From Tubiluchus corallicola (Eukaryota > Animalia > Priapulida): a stretch of DNA of 64,000 bases. Both the position numbers and the translations under genes were made by a program. Numbering within the stretch: position 1 is the first letter of the stretch; each line of letters begins with the position of its first letter. Of the stretch, positions 48,634 through 61,943 are shown piece by piece. The notes under the pieces were generated by a model. It saw only the letters and a list, made by a program, of their open reading frames with translations. It searched no databases and was not told where the DNA came from. The stretch spans positions 16,293 through 80,292 of the forward strand of contig JAQGDQ010000563.1 of the NCBI GenBank assembly GCA_030141605.1, read 5' to 3'.

Positions 48634-51600
48634 CTGACTATGATAATGACAATGACACCAACAACACTAATATCAACAAGACAGTATCATAGAGAAACCA
48701 AACGCAAACAAAATCATGTGACCCTATGCAATTAGATTTATCAATGGTCAATAATGCACCAGCATTCAACATACTGTCATTTTACTGTTCCTGTGATCGC
48801 ATTTATTAATGCAAAGCCAGCAGAAAGTTTTACTGCATCAAAATTATAAGAAAAGTACAACGGAATGACACGCAAACGTCACTGTAGCTTCAAAGCGAGA
48901 ACCGCCCAAAATGGAACTTTCAGTCAACTCGTCGCCATTCTTTTTGGTGGAGCGTCCTAAAAAGTTACCTCTTTTGTCGTGTGGCTATCTTTTGCCTGTA
49001 GCCCACTTTTTGTGTAAAATCATATTTTTTGTGATTGATTTTACAGGAAAACTTAATTTGATGTGTATGAAAATCGCAAAAAATTGGAATTATTTGTCAA
49101 GTTAGCTGCATGTCCCAGCAACTCCAAATGATTCACTAATCAAAATTCATAAATTTTGCATATTTAACTTATGAAAAGATCTCATGTGGTTCAACTTGTT
49201 AATCTAATAAAAATTCAAAAACTACAAAGAGTGAATTTATTATTCAAAAATGACCTAAACGTGTAACAGTCTCTAAAGCACATTACCTTGGTAGTAAAAT
49301 TCTTAGGTTAGAAGACCTTTTTTATTACTAGCTCTATATGTATGAACAAGATTCATTTTCTGTTATTTCCAAACTTTCTCAAAATTTAAGCTAAACCTTG
49401 TATAAAACGTTATAACACCAGATACAATGGCCTTATAATTTAGGATAAAATACCTGAATGCATTTTAACTCTTTGCGCAGTATAAAATACTGTAAATGTA
49501 CTAGACTATGATAGAAGCCAGTTGAATTACGAATTCACAGGCCATTAAGTCTAATTAGCTAGAAGTTACGAAACATGTTTACAGACATATACTATAATCA
49601 TGTTACGTAAGTTTACTGTGAACTTTGTAGGAGCCATCTTAGTAATATTAAATTAAAGAAAATTTTATTTCTAAGATGACTGCCTAAAAAGCAAAAATTT
49701 TATGAATCTAAAATCACAAAACAAAATTAATTGCATGAATAATTTTTGGTAGAAAAGAACATTAAAATCATGCTTTGTAGGTATTTGACAGTCATCTTGG
49801 ACATGTTTCAGCTATTTTTCATATAGGTGCCACAGAAAATTTTGTATATGTTACCGGTAAATATCAAATAAGGCATTCTATAGCATCTCTTTTCTATGTA
49901 AGGGCAATTATAGTTAGACACCATGGAAGTGGAATTACCATCTTATCGGGTGCTATTAAGCACTATTAAGGACAGATTTGAGTCTAAATAGAAAAGAAGT
50001 TGCAATTTATTTCCTTAATTCTTTCACAAGATAATTATTGCGGCAGATTGGATTTGATTGATAGTGCTGAACGATTTTGAAGAAATATTAAATCTTTGTG
50101 AAATCTCTCAAGTTGCTCAAAACGTCATGCGATGTTGAATCTATTCGTACACAGTAAGATATTTTTTGCAGAAGATCTTAGCTTTAAACTTTATTGTACA
50201 CAATACTCCATAACAACTTGCTTCTGAAATTATGATGTACTAAGAACATACATATATATGACGTTGAAGTAGCGGTGTCAGAAAACTTTATGTCTGTAGT
50301 TTGTCAGGAGCATGACTATCAATGGCCACCCTCTCAGATGAGCCACTAAACCGTCAAATGTGGCTCAGCCACGTTCGGTTGTGAAACAGACAAATCAGTA
50401 CCAGTATGTCAAAAGAAATTACCCAAATTACCAAATAATTCATGCAATGCACGCGCATTTTTTCACTCGGCATGATCCCGCCTGCAACTTATTTATTTAA
50501 AAAGAAATCTGTTTAATGTTATTAGGGCTGTGTATATGTATGTATACCATATTGTTGCTTGTCTTTTTTCACAAATGGCTTATTGATTAATTATTCAATT
50601 AATCGAATGACTCATTCACACTCTTAAATGCTTAAAGACAATTAATTTCGTATCAGATTAATTGCCCGACTCCGAGAGCTTAGGTCAAGCTGATAGGGCG
50701 ATGATAATGTCCCACACAACTGAAACCACAAAATATTGCGTTGTGAGTATAAATCTTTGTCTCTCGAGTTATCAAGCTGACTTCCGCAATAAGCCTTTCA
50801 GTGTGAGTATACCAGGTTCTTTTAAGCAATTAGTGTCTTTAACGAGTATGTTCTTTTTGTAACTCTTTGAATATTAAAGCAACTCGATATTAAGTTAAAG
50901 TGATGAAAGTTTTATTGTAACAAGGTTCACAATTTAGTTCAGGTTTATACGATACTTTAACAAAACTTTAACTTATACGCTTGTGGGCCCTTATAACTAA
51001 ATGGTTAATTCCGAAGAGATAATCCTGATCATCAAATGAGTTACAAGTTGCAATGTTCGCACTTATGGTGCCAAAGTTACAAAGCTATTACAACTAAAAT
51101 CAGCCGTTACAGTAACAGAAAATAACAGTAAAACGACTCAACTTGTGGCCTGGCCAACCTAACAATCGTAACAACCTAACAATCTGCAGATGACATCCAT
51201 GACTCTCCCAGTACTTTGAGTTACCGAACGTTGCAATTCTATCGTCTCGGACCTTAAAATATCGCCTGGGAGGTTAAATTAACCATCAGTAGATGACTTG
51301 TTCTGACCCTAACAATGTGACATCCTAACAGACCATCTGCAAATTGCCAGCCTGTAGCGCATTTTATGTGCGTTAATTGACATTTGAATTCTTTTAACTA
51401 GTCGGCAATTCGTTTAATCTTCCACTTTTCCCATGCACCAACCCTAACTCAACTCATTAAACTCAAGGTACAAGCTGAGTGAGTCAGTTATAATCAAATT
51501 GTACGGTCTTTGCCATCCAACCAAGGAGGAGTATATTATCTCCGAAATCCTATAATTTAATTCTTCCAATTAATTTTCTAATTAATTTCTTATTCTAAAT

Positions 51601-53309
51601 TTGATTCACAACAATATATGTATAGTATAATATGTATATCTATAACTTTTCATTCATTGAATGAGATTTTTTACTTATTTGAAAAAAATTAGAACATCAA
51701 TATATGTATTTAGAAAATCATTATATCACTGAGACAGTAGCATTTCCAAAAAGTATAATAAAATATCTAACATTTGACGAACCTTAACTCGAACATTTTT
51801 AGGCTAAATGGTTTATTGTTAACGTTTCAAGGTTTGTTACTACCCACAATTCTTCACGCTGACAAAGTTGTCTTGATACTTGCTGAATCAATTTAAAAAT
51901 GGAGATTATTAGGCTGTTGTCTGCGTTTTTAGTCATTACATTATAATCTAATAAGTAGTACGTGTTACTTGCATGGCATAAACTGCGTTTCAGCTTAATA
52001 CTTTATAAGATTTCAGTTATTATTAAATTTCACTGTGTTTTTGTACATTTGAGTTTCTTAATTAATAAATGTTATTGTTCCATTCCAAGGACGACCCTTA
52101 TATCGACTGCCAGAGTTACATATGCCCGCAATAGCATATTTCAATCATGACCATAACCTGAGGAATAGTGTAAAATTAGCTAAAATGACGTTGACATATA
52201 ATATAAAATTTAACAATTTTGGAATTAATTTTGTCCGTGAAGATATCGTTGAGCTTTTTAAAAGCTTGCCAGAAAATAAAACATTTTGTTTGAAAATTCG
52301 TGAAAACACTTTGCTTAAATATGGGGTTTGTACGAGTGTGCTCGCTTACTGATAGTCTGGACAGTTGTTACAGTTTCCTCTACAACCTGCGCAAACCTAC
52401 TTCTAGGTGGGCAAGCTGTAATTTTTACATGCTGGTTAGTTTCGAATAAATTCATACCTGCTAATTCAGATTTCAATGATCTGAAGTTATAAATTTTTTT
52501 TCAACTTTGCTCAGGTAGGCCATTTGACGCTTGTCATATGATCGGCCTTACGTCCTTAAGTAAATTTGTCCTTTTTTTAAAGTTTATCATACAGTTGTTT
52601 TTATCATAACTTGCAATCTCATAAACTAAATCAAACTGTTTATTATACTGATAGCAAAACAGTTTAATCTGCAACTATAGAAGTAAGCGTTGTGCATTTC
52701 TTCCTGTAATAAATGAAGCTATAAAATATATTTCCACTAATTCACTTACAATTTCAATCGACAATAATAATAAATAGAACCCGGCCAATGTTTCTTCTAA
52801 ATAATGAAAAGTTGGTGACAGTATTAGTTGCCCGGCAATACGCAGCTGCAGCTAAATGTCCCGAAAGCACGGGGCATTAAATAAGCTCTGCAGGGATGTG
52901 AAAAATCTTGCAACGAGAATGATAGACTTTATACTTGACATCAATACACCTGCTGCAGTTTCTTAGGCTCTCTGTCTCAGTAGTAGGTCACAGGACAAGC
53001 AATAGGCTTAAACAGTTTTTTTTATTATTATAACGTTGAGACTCAGGTGCCATGATATATTAGCTGATGTATTTACTTTAACATTTGTACAACTGTTGAT
53101 CATGTTTACAATTTTGTTGTATATGTGCATTGACAGTGAGACCATGATTTCGAATACAATACAGATCGCAAAGCTAAACCATGTTTTCATTCAGTGACTT
53201 CTTCTGTTTCTCACAAACATTGCAACTACAAAAACAGTCTGATAAACCTGCCAATGTTAGCTCTCCCCAAAACACCCCAGCGACAACTTTAGCGTCACGG
53301 CATTGAGTT

Positions 53310-53338
53310 TGGTGCCGAAACCCGGGAGCCTTTAGATC
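53310..53338 (+). promoter_or_regulatory. tRNA-Phe-complementary PBS of a relic LTR element
   Basis: TGGTGCCGAAACCCGGGA is the reverse complement of the tRNA-Phe 3' end including CCA. Confidence 0.7.
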
Positions 53339-53499
53339 AAGAGCAAGAAGAACTCTATTCCGCCTGTGGACAATTCGTGCACAATTACGTCTTTCCATTT
53401 AACACGGAGTGCATAATTCCAGTAGATCGATGTTTGGACATTAGCCAAGTAATAAGCACTGATTTGCCATTAAAAGCACAACAAGACTTACTGATCATA

Positions 53500-53960
53500 C
53501 ACATACATCACTGCATCACTACATACATGTCTCTATTCCTACTAACAGTTGTTCGAGAGATAGCTCCAAGGATCTGATTTGCCTTGGCGACTTTGTCATT
53601 GATATATATCAGGAATTTGAGTTGGTCATCCACATCAACAAATTGATATTGGTATTCATGATTGTTCTTCCCAAGATGTGGCAGTTTACATTTTCCGTCT
53701 GCCGTGTTTAAAGTCATTTGACAGCATTTGGCCTACTGGTTTATTTTGTCTAAATTGGCTTGCAAGTCAGCGATGAGACACACCCTGCAAGCTTAATATC
53801 GTCTGAAACTTTGCTCAATTCCGTGATGATAATGCTATTAATGTCGTCAATGAAGATCAAGAACAACAATGGTTATAGTATGCTACCTTGGGGCACTCCA
53901 GAAAGAACTGGAAGTGTCGATAAGTCTAGCGCGTACATCATAGCTTGACAAGTAGACGTT
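53500..53960 (-). mobile_element. Decayed CR1-like reverse transcriptase fragment
   Basis: PVLSGVPQGSIL*PLLFLIFIDDI; KCK..HLGKNN; DDQLKF...KANQILGAI.RT. Confidence 0.82.
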
Positions 53961-54626
53961 GATGAGGTACCCTCTCAAAAGCCGTGACTAGGTCCAAGTA
54001 TATAATATCAGTATATAATATTATTGCCAACAACAAATAATTAACAATTGTGGTATGAGTGTGCTTCACGAGACTAGAAAGAGCAACATTAGGATGACAC
54101 GAGAAGAAACAACAGATACATATTAAAACTACTTATAGTCCAAGATCGGAATAATCTCCTCATCGGGAATAATATTCTCGACCATCGTCTATCGAGTGTG
54201 GATCTCCACAAATGACTACTCATTTGTCATGAGAGCGGGGCTTTCAAAATGATTTGTGCACAGGACTCTAAATATCTCTATGCATAAAATAATTTCAAGT
54301 AATTATCAGCGGCAGACTGATAGTGCAAAAATAGCATTTGTTTTTTTGATAACAAAGATAAACGACAGTTGAGGTCTTAACATATTCACGGTTCGTTTGA
54401 AGTGCATAAGCTGCCCTATAAGCCGGAAAGATATACAAGTGAGATTTTTCTGTTTGGCAGGTAAATGTGTTCAATCTTGCATCACACGTACAATAAGAAG
54501 GTTTGACGAAGCACGGAATTAGGTCTATATATAGCCATGCTTATGCGTATTTTTGTACAAAATTTGATTTGCGTTTTCAGGAATGTGATAAATTCAAAAT
54601 ATTGATTACTATCATTTTCGCAGAAA

Positions 54627-54765
54627 ATGCAGTTAAGATTATGTAATAGGAAGTTCATATCAAATAAAATCATGTTTACCCCAGTTTGTGGTGTATTTTG
54701 CAGTGTTGTTGTTTTAGTCATCCACTTTGCAAATTTGCCAACTGACAGCGACTGCTACAAACAAG
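54627..54765 (+). CDS. Carbohydrate sulfotransferase first coding exon (MQLRLCNRKF...VCGVFCSVVVLVIHFANL...), signal anchor
   Basis: ATG just after a ttttcgcag acceptor; hydrophobic segment; AAG|gtaact donor in phase 1 joins in frame to 56671. Confidence 0.72.
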
Positions 54766-55088
54766 GTAACTGTAACTAACTATTTATATGGAGTTGAAAT
54801 TAGTGAAAGCTAGTGAACTGATGCACAAGCGTGAAACGGATATTCTAAACAAAATTAAAGCACAAGAAAGCTCTTCATAGATAAGCTTAAAAATTGTTGT
54901 GTAAAATTTTGTATTGGCCACTAGCATGCTGTCTTGTTGCATATAGAGCTTGTATCAGTAGCTTGTAAATTTAAACTACCGCGATGACCTGTAACCTCAG
55001 CCATTATGACAGCAGGTGTTTGAAACAAGTTTAGATTGCATAAATTGCCACATTGAGTAAGGCTTGAAAATAATCAAAGCTTTCGTTG

Positions 55089-55506
55089 TGTGAAAGTCAT
55101 TTTTGAAGTTGTTGTTCAGTCGCTTTGTTATGATTGAGTTTAGGCACAGAGAAGTATGAATAGGAATAAAAAATCTATAATAAATATTTGCACTGCAGAC
55201 AACAGAAAAGTGTTTATTAAACTACAGACACATGAGTAGCACGACTGCTGCACCGAACATTGAACAAACTAGAAAGCAAAAACAGTCAGTAAAACCTGTT
55301 TCACAGTCAGTATATACAGGTACAGAACTTGACCTATGCAGAGTTGCACAGGCTTCACAACAACCATTAATTTTAGATAGGGAGAGGACCAGTGTGTATT
55401 CACTGGACCATACAGTTATACTGAAGGTAAGTCAGCTGGTAGAGTGTAACAGGATTGGCACATAGATGGCAGCACCTAATTACAATATACAATTCCAACT
55501 TCCACA
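55089..55506 (-). mobile_element. Solo LTR related to the BEL/Pao LTRs, in the sulfotransferase intron
   Basis: TGTG...CACA termini; perfect 5-bp TSD CGTTG (55084-55088 and 55507-55511); shares TTAGGTGCTGCCATCTA and terminal blocks with the 25290 LTR. Confidence 0.85.
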
Positions 55507-56670
55507 CGTTGCATATTCTTCACTAACTAAATAACTTGATACTGTCACTAAGAACACTAACGTGCTTTTTTGGTAAATTAGACTACCCTGGGAGGGAGCT
55601 TCGATGCTGTTTTACCAGGAGAAGCGAACATTACTAAGAAAATCATAAAGAAATGTCAAATTACATAAGTTTTTCAAGCAGGTAACGTAACTTTGTTGGA
55701 CAGTTGTTTGAACAATACATTCGTTTCTGTTTAATTTTAGTTTAGTCGCAGGCCTACATGTAATAATTCAGAAATTAAAGAAATATGTTAGGAGAGATGT
55801 TAGGAAAATCTCATTTATATTCAAAAATAAGAAGGAAATATTGGGAGAGCGGAATGAGCAGAGGGTACCGTTCTTATTAATAACACTGAAGATAAATGGA
55901 ACTAATTGTGTGGCAAAGTAGGCAATAACAATATGTGACGTCACAGTTGTCCTCTTCCTTATTAAATATGCAGCTAGGAGTTCATTTTGTATTCCATTTA
56001 ACGTTTAGCATAATAAAATGTTCACTTTTGTTTTGTGATGGTATTGGGACCCTGTCCATCCCTCAATACCTCTTCTCATTTTTGATACCAATAATCCGCT
56101 GCATCCCACGACCTCAATGGTAAATGTTCGCGCCTCTGGGATTCATTGAATCATGACATATAGCTAAAAATTCCCAACTTAATCCAAAATGTAAATGTAT
56201 ATATATATACATATATTTTTTATTTTTTATTATCATAAAAACCAACAATAATACTTTAAATTCAAGCCAAAAGCTGGCTGAGTTCCATATTCAAATTATA
56301 TGAATTTCCTTAACAAAATCGGGGAGGAGCGAGTTTATCATCTGAATCTGATTCACCTGACAAACTCAATTAATATCTACTGAAATTCATATTCCGAAAT
56401 TTATTCATAACAATATAACATACAACTAACGAATTGGCCAGTGTGTTTTTTCAACGTGTGCTAATCACAGAAGGCTATTCAGTGTTAATGGGTCGTATTA
56501 TGAATTTGGAGAGTCATGTAAAGCTATGTAGAATTACAAAGTATGTCAAAATACAGTAATCACCCTAAGCAGTAGATTTTAGTATGGAAGAGATTTTAAC
56601 ACCTTGTTGCAGTAATCTTGTATCAGTTTTTAAGCTTAGTTGATTCAAATCATATTAATTCTCTTTTCAG

Positions 56671-57617
56671 CAGATGTGAGAAGAGATGCTTTTAATCACG
56701 ATGTGAAACAAGGAAACTTGGGCGATTTCAGTAATGGGCCATTTCTATGCAAGAATTGCTCATTCTGTGATGAGATTGTTGCTGATACCTATCAAACAAG
56801 AATAGCACTGGTAGAAAGAGCATGCACAAGACAATATGCAGACGAAGTTTTTGGTGGAAAATTTAATTTGTGGACACAAACATACGTTGATGACATTCAT
56901 CGCCTGGCTTATTGCTCAATACCAAAGGCAGCCACCACAAATTGGAAAAGAATTTTCATTAGTTTAATGGCTGCTGATGCAAGTCTTAGTAATGATTCAT
57001 TAATTCAACCGAGTGATTTAGATGAATTACCAGGATACACACCTCATCAACGTGCCCTGAAAGGTGATCTAATAAAACAAATATCAAGATATTCTGTCTA
57101 CTTGCAGTCATTTGTATTAAAAAAGTATAAAAAGTTCATGTTTGTTCGACACCCGTTTGAACGTCTTCTAAGTGCTTTCAAAAATAAAATCGAAAGTAAG
57201 AACTTCTCTGATGAAATTTCCCGCATGGCGCATGTTCTTCGAAAACAAAACATAAAAACTTCAAATCACATTGTAAGTTTTACAGATTTTGTCAGGTACT
57301 TGGTTGTTACTCATCCAAGATTGTATAACGAACACTGGGCTAGAATGAGTGACCTATGTGATCCTTGCACTGTTAAGTATGACTTTATTGGAAAGTACGA
57401 GCATATTGAAGAAGAAAGCAAAGATTTTTTGAAAATGTTGAATGTTTATCATAGACTAGAGTTAAATAGAAAATATGAATTTCGCAACACTGGCCACATC
57501 ACCAGGTTAATGAAACATTATTACAGTATGCTGCCTATAGAACTTTTAAGAAAACTGTATAAGATTTACAAAGTTGATTTTGTTATTTTTGGATATAAGC
57601 TCCCTGCAGCAATTTGA
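56671..57617 (+). CDS. CHST11/13/14-like (HNK-1ST family, Sulfotransfer_2) catalytic exon
   Basis: 5'-PSB YCSIPKAATTNWKR, 3'-PB FVRHPFERLLSAF, HW...LCDPC..YDFIGKYE and Y..DF..FGY motifs; ctcttttcag acceptor; AATAAA signals just downstream. Confidence 0.93.
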
Positions 57618-58718
57618 GAAATTGAAACTCATTTAATAAAGAGATTGTTAAACAGAATAAAATGTCAAAGTCTGCATAGGCGAAAAATGTCTGATAGAAC
57701 AGCAGGTTTCATTAACATTGACTGTATGATTTTTTAATGCCTCAACTATAGAGGTTTTACTGTGGTTTATAGCAGTGATTATGGACTTAGGTGGACTAGC
57801 GTCCGTGGAATCTCAGACCTTGTTATACAGATACAAAAATATGTATGTCTTAGTAAGACTTTCTGGCAAGTTTAATCTCAAGTTTTTGTTCTCGTCAGCA
57901 CCAGCTGCTACAATGTGGTATTAAAAATTTGCACTGGAACAGCATCTTACCATCTCATAAATGGCCTTTGGTGCAAAATTTAGTAGAATATTATTCTTCT
58001 GTTTTTTCACATCTTCTACTAATGCAGATAAACTGTTGACATCACGTAGACGTTCTCCATTTGAAACAGTGGAATCATGGATAATATTAACAAGATCTTT
58101 TGTGCAAATACATTTTTATATGAGATTTCGCTATCTCAACATACTTTAGCTGGAATATTGTTCAATACTTTGTCAATGGATATTCCAGTCGCCAACATGC
58201 CAGCTGTCTCTTGAATTAAATGACTGATGTCACCCATGACATGTGAGTACTCCAAGTTGTATATTACTTTTATATCTGAAAAAAGTTAATATTAGTTACT
58301 GTTAACCTGAGCTGTCGCGAACGCGGACTAGAATTTATTGGTTTTTATAGTTATTTTATGAATATATTTAATCTTTTACCTTTTAGCTCTTAGTAAAAAG
58401 TTGTAATTTTAAATATATGTGTGAAAGCGATTAATGGGAGACTGAAAACCTTAGAAAATGTGTATTAGAGAGCAAAAACTCGCACGGTTCATACCGTGGG
58501 GTCCAGCTAGTGGTCAAGTAGCTCTTGCTCGTAAATCACCATATGTACAATCAACTCATAAAGTTAGTAGGCTCATGCTAGCTAATCATACTAGCATTTC
58601 AACTGCAAGTTGAACTTTATACATATTTGTAAGATAATTGCCTTATAGTATTATGTAGAGAGTGTTATGCAGAATGCTGCTTATTTTGCCATGACTGTGT
58701 TTAAATAAATTGTGATAC

Positions 58719-58804
<86 letters not shown>
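58719..58804. repeat. (TAA)n microsatellite
   Basis: read directly. Confidence 0.97.
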
Positions 58805-58806
<2 letters not shown>

Positions 58807-60851
58807 AAATGTCTAATGACTACTCCACTGCTTTTGTGCAGTAGCAGTTTTTTTCACGAAATTAAAATTTCAAGTAGCTAAGCGATAGGATGTTTTGCCA
58901 AGCAGTCCCGTTGTCAAAAGCTATACTTTGATTGATCAAAATATAGTAAAAATTACCTCATGAGTTGGTGCAAGACAGCGTGAGCGATGCTTAACGTTTT
59001 TCTCCTTAATTCTCTATAAATACAATGACCCAAACAACTGGGTTATAATAAGAAAAAACAAGAGATTGTATTTCTTTGATTTCTCACAAAAAACTATGCC
59101 GTCAAATAAAGTTCTTGTGTAAACAAACACATACAAAGGCAATAATGGTTAACGTGACAATATAGAAATGGTTCACATAGTCAATTCGTATGTCTCAAAA
59201 ATTATCTGGATAAATCTGACATATAGAGTTTAACATTTTACTCAACTTGACAAGGGCTGGGCCCAGCAAAATTGTCCTGGGAGATGGATACCATCAGCAA
59301 TGCCCTTACCACGTATCGTACAATGCTTCCAACCACATGCCAACTCCCTACCATTATGGCTTCCATGACACGTCTGCCAAAACCATCAGCTCCTATGTCT
59401 CGAACAAATGATCATTGACTCCTCTAGACGGTTCTGCGCTGGATATTGACATTCAGCAACAAAACTGGAACTCAGTCTCCATAAGGAGAAGAGTTTAAAG
59501 ACAAGCATTCAGTCCCGGAAACAACAGAGATGTTCTATACTGCATGGCTTCCACTGACATTACCATCAAGAAACACAATCGGAGATTTCTTGAATAATCA
59601 AATTTGCTCCAAAGCCTCTCTAACCAATAGCCAAGTAGCCCATTAGGTGGCTTTCACTTTCAAGGCACAAACACATGTTAAAAAACGGAATAAATCAACC
59701 AATTATTAGTAGGGCATCACAATAGACAGCTTAGGTCGTCACATAAGGCCCTCTGGCAACTTTTAACCATGACTATAACTAAAACATAGCCAATAATTAT
59801 ACGAATAATAATAAGAAGGTATTGCGGTGACCTTATTGAGGTTCATAAGATATTGATCAGGAACGAAAAAATTTTGCCTGAAAATTTCATTAATATAGCT
59901 TTTGATTCATAAACTAGAGCATGTTAGGAATTTGCAGCAGACTTTAGTACTATAACAATCAGTATTTTGGGTTTTCCACAATGATGATGATAATGGTCTA
60001 TTACAATGTTATTTAGGTCACCAAGCACATTTAACAAATAGCTGTAAACTGTGACACACTTATGAAATTAATAAAGCGGAATCCGAATTGTCTAGAATAT
60101 CCAATGAAAGCCACGATTTTAACTCCAGTGACTCCAAAAACTGTATAAAGATAAAAAATTAATACGTATTATATGTATATGTACTAAGTGTACTAAGTAT
60201 ATGTAGAGACTGAAATGAAGGCCATAAATATCAATTTTAATAAGCCATCTTTTTAATATGCCATTGTTTATTGAAGGTTTGCTGCATCAATAACTTTCAT
60301 ACGATGCGCGTTTTAGCACAATAAAAGTTTTCCCGTTGCAACTCGTTGTGTTTCAATTTTTGCTATAAGATGGAACCAAAATGCCTATTCGGAAAAGCTA
60401 ATTTAGCGGATCTTGCCAGAATGCATCACAAAGGGGTAATTTAACTTCGCCAACATTAACTAGCATTAGGATGAACATAGGTTTGTACATTACCTATCAC
60501 TAAATTAATTACAATCATAAAAGAACATCTATGAACAATGGGATTTTAAATTTCGATACAGTACATACATCTTTCTTTAATGAAAGAAGTAGCCGCTCTG
60601 AATACGTTTTCTTTTACAATGCCCAATACTGCTCAGTCACTCAACTTTAGTCACTAAGCCTACGCCATGAAACTCTGCTGTTTCTCAGCTTAAGCATATA
60701 TTTTGCTAAGTCTAAAGGCAGTGGTCGATGCTTTCTTGTTTCTTTAATTTACCGTGCAGTTATGTTCATGCACCCGTATAGTAACAGAAAATATCACCTG
60801 TCAGTAAATGTTGTCCGCGTATGAAACGAACAGAAAACTTAATGTTGGAAA

Positions 60852-61943
60852 ATGTGTACACGTGTCGCTGTTTCAAATTTCGCTAAAAGAATAGCGTACT
60901 CTTTGAAAATAACGTTAAAGGCGTGCATGATTTTTTCTTGTTCAATAATCATTTTAAAATTTGTTACCGAGTCTGTTAAACTGAATGGAGACAATAAAAA
61001 TACGACCAAAACGGATTCCCATATACAAGTGGACCCGTACTCTCTAAATGTGATAGATTTTCACTTGACCTTAACAGTTATAGCTTTCAACAGGAGTGAT
61101 TCAGTTAAAAGACTGTTACAGTCTCTTGAAGCAGCTGAGTATATGGGGGATTCTGTTTCATTGGAAATCTGGATAGATGGCCCAGAGATAGCTGCCCAAA
61201 AATCTGTAAAAATGGTGCAAGGTTTTAATTGGAGCCATGGACAGAAGCGATTACACGTGAGAACCAGACATGTAGGAGCTTACACACAGTGGTATGATAC
61301 ATGGACGCCTGATCTTCAGGAAACTGGAGAATATAGTCTTATTCTAGAAGATGATTGTGAGGTTTCTCCTCATTATTACAAATGGCTTAAGTCAGCAATT
61401 TATGTGTATAAAGACTTGGAAGATCTAGGCAGCATTACTTTGTATCGTGGAAGATTTGCAGTAAAACCTGGAGTAGACAGAGATGTTCTCTGCCCAACGT
61501 GTACAGACAGCGTATTTCTTTATCCAAAGTTTAGTACGTGGGCTTGTTTACCTATGCCAAAAGTGTGGGCGGAGTTTAGGCAATGGTACTTGACAGTAAA
61601 ACACGATGAAAAATTTATTCCTCTGATTCCTGGTGATGAGAATCTCGTGATAAATGGATGGATACGTCACTTTCATCCACTGAAGAAAATGAATTCGGCT
61701 TACTTTCATCATTACTGTGGCAAGCATCAGCTTTATACTATATATCCTAATTTGCCAAATAAACTAAGTTTTGTTTGTAATCACAGAGAACTTGGACTTC
61801 ATTATGTCAAAGCGTATAAACGTTTGGGAATTTGTATATATGACTTGGTAAAATCGTGGAACAATAGTTACACAAAATTTCCCAAACATCCAAAACGAAT
61901 TCATTGGGATGGTTACCCAGAAAACAGATTTTTCACTGTTTAA
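60852..61943 (+). CDS. Intronless type II membrane GT-A fold glycosyltransferase (GT2-like), 363 aa
   Basis: N-terminal TM; VIAFNR..S..RLL.SL, IWIDG and ILEDD.EVSP motifs; uninterrupted ORF. Confidence 0.85.
   Translation: MCTRVAVSNFAKRIAYSLKITLKACMIFSCSIIILKFVTESVKLNGDNKNTTKTDSHIQVDPYSLNVIDFHLTLTVIAFNRSDSVKRLLQSLEAAEYMGDSVSLEIWIDGPEIAAQKSVKMVQGFNWSHGQKRLHVRTRHVGAYTQWYDTWTPDLQETGEYSLILEDDCEVSPHYYKWLKSAIYVYKDLEDLGSITLYRGRFAVKPGVDRDVLCPTCTDSVFLYPKFSTWACLPMPKVWAEFRQWYLTVKHDEKFIPLIPGDENLVINGWIRHFHPLKKMNSAYFHHYCGKHQLYTIYPNLPNKLSFVCNHRELGLHYVKAYKRLGICIYDLVKSWNNSYTKFPKHPKRIHWDGYPENRFFTV

Noticed and set aside
53310-53340. tRNA-Phe gene
   Set aside because: Only partial segments match, CCA is encoded, and there is no 5' half or cloverleaf.
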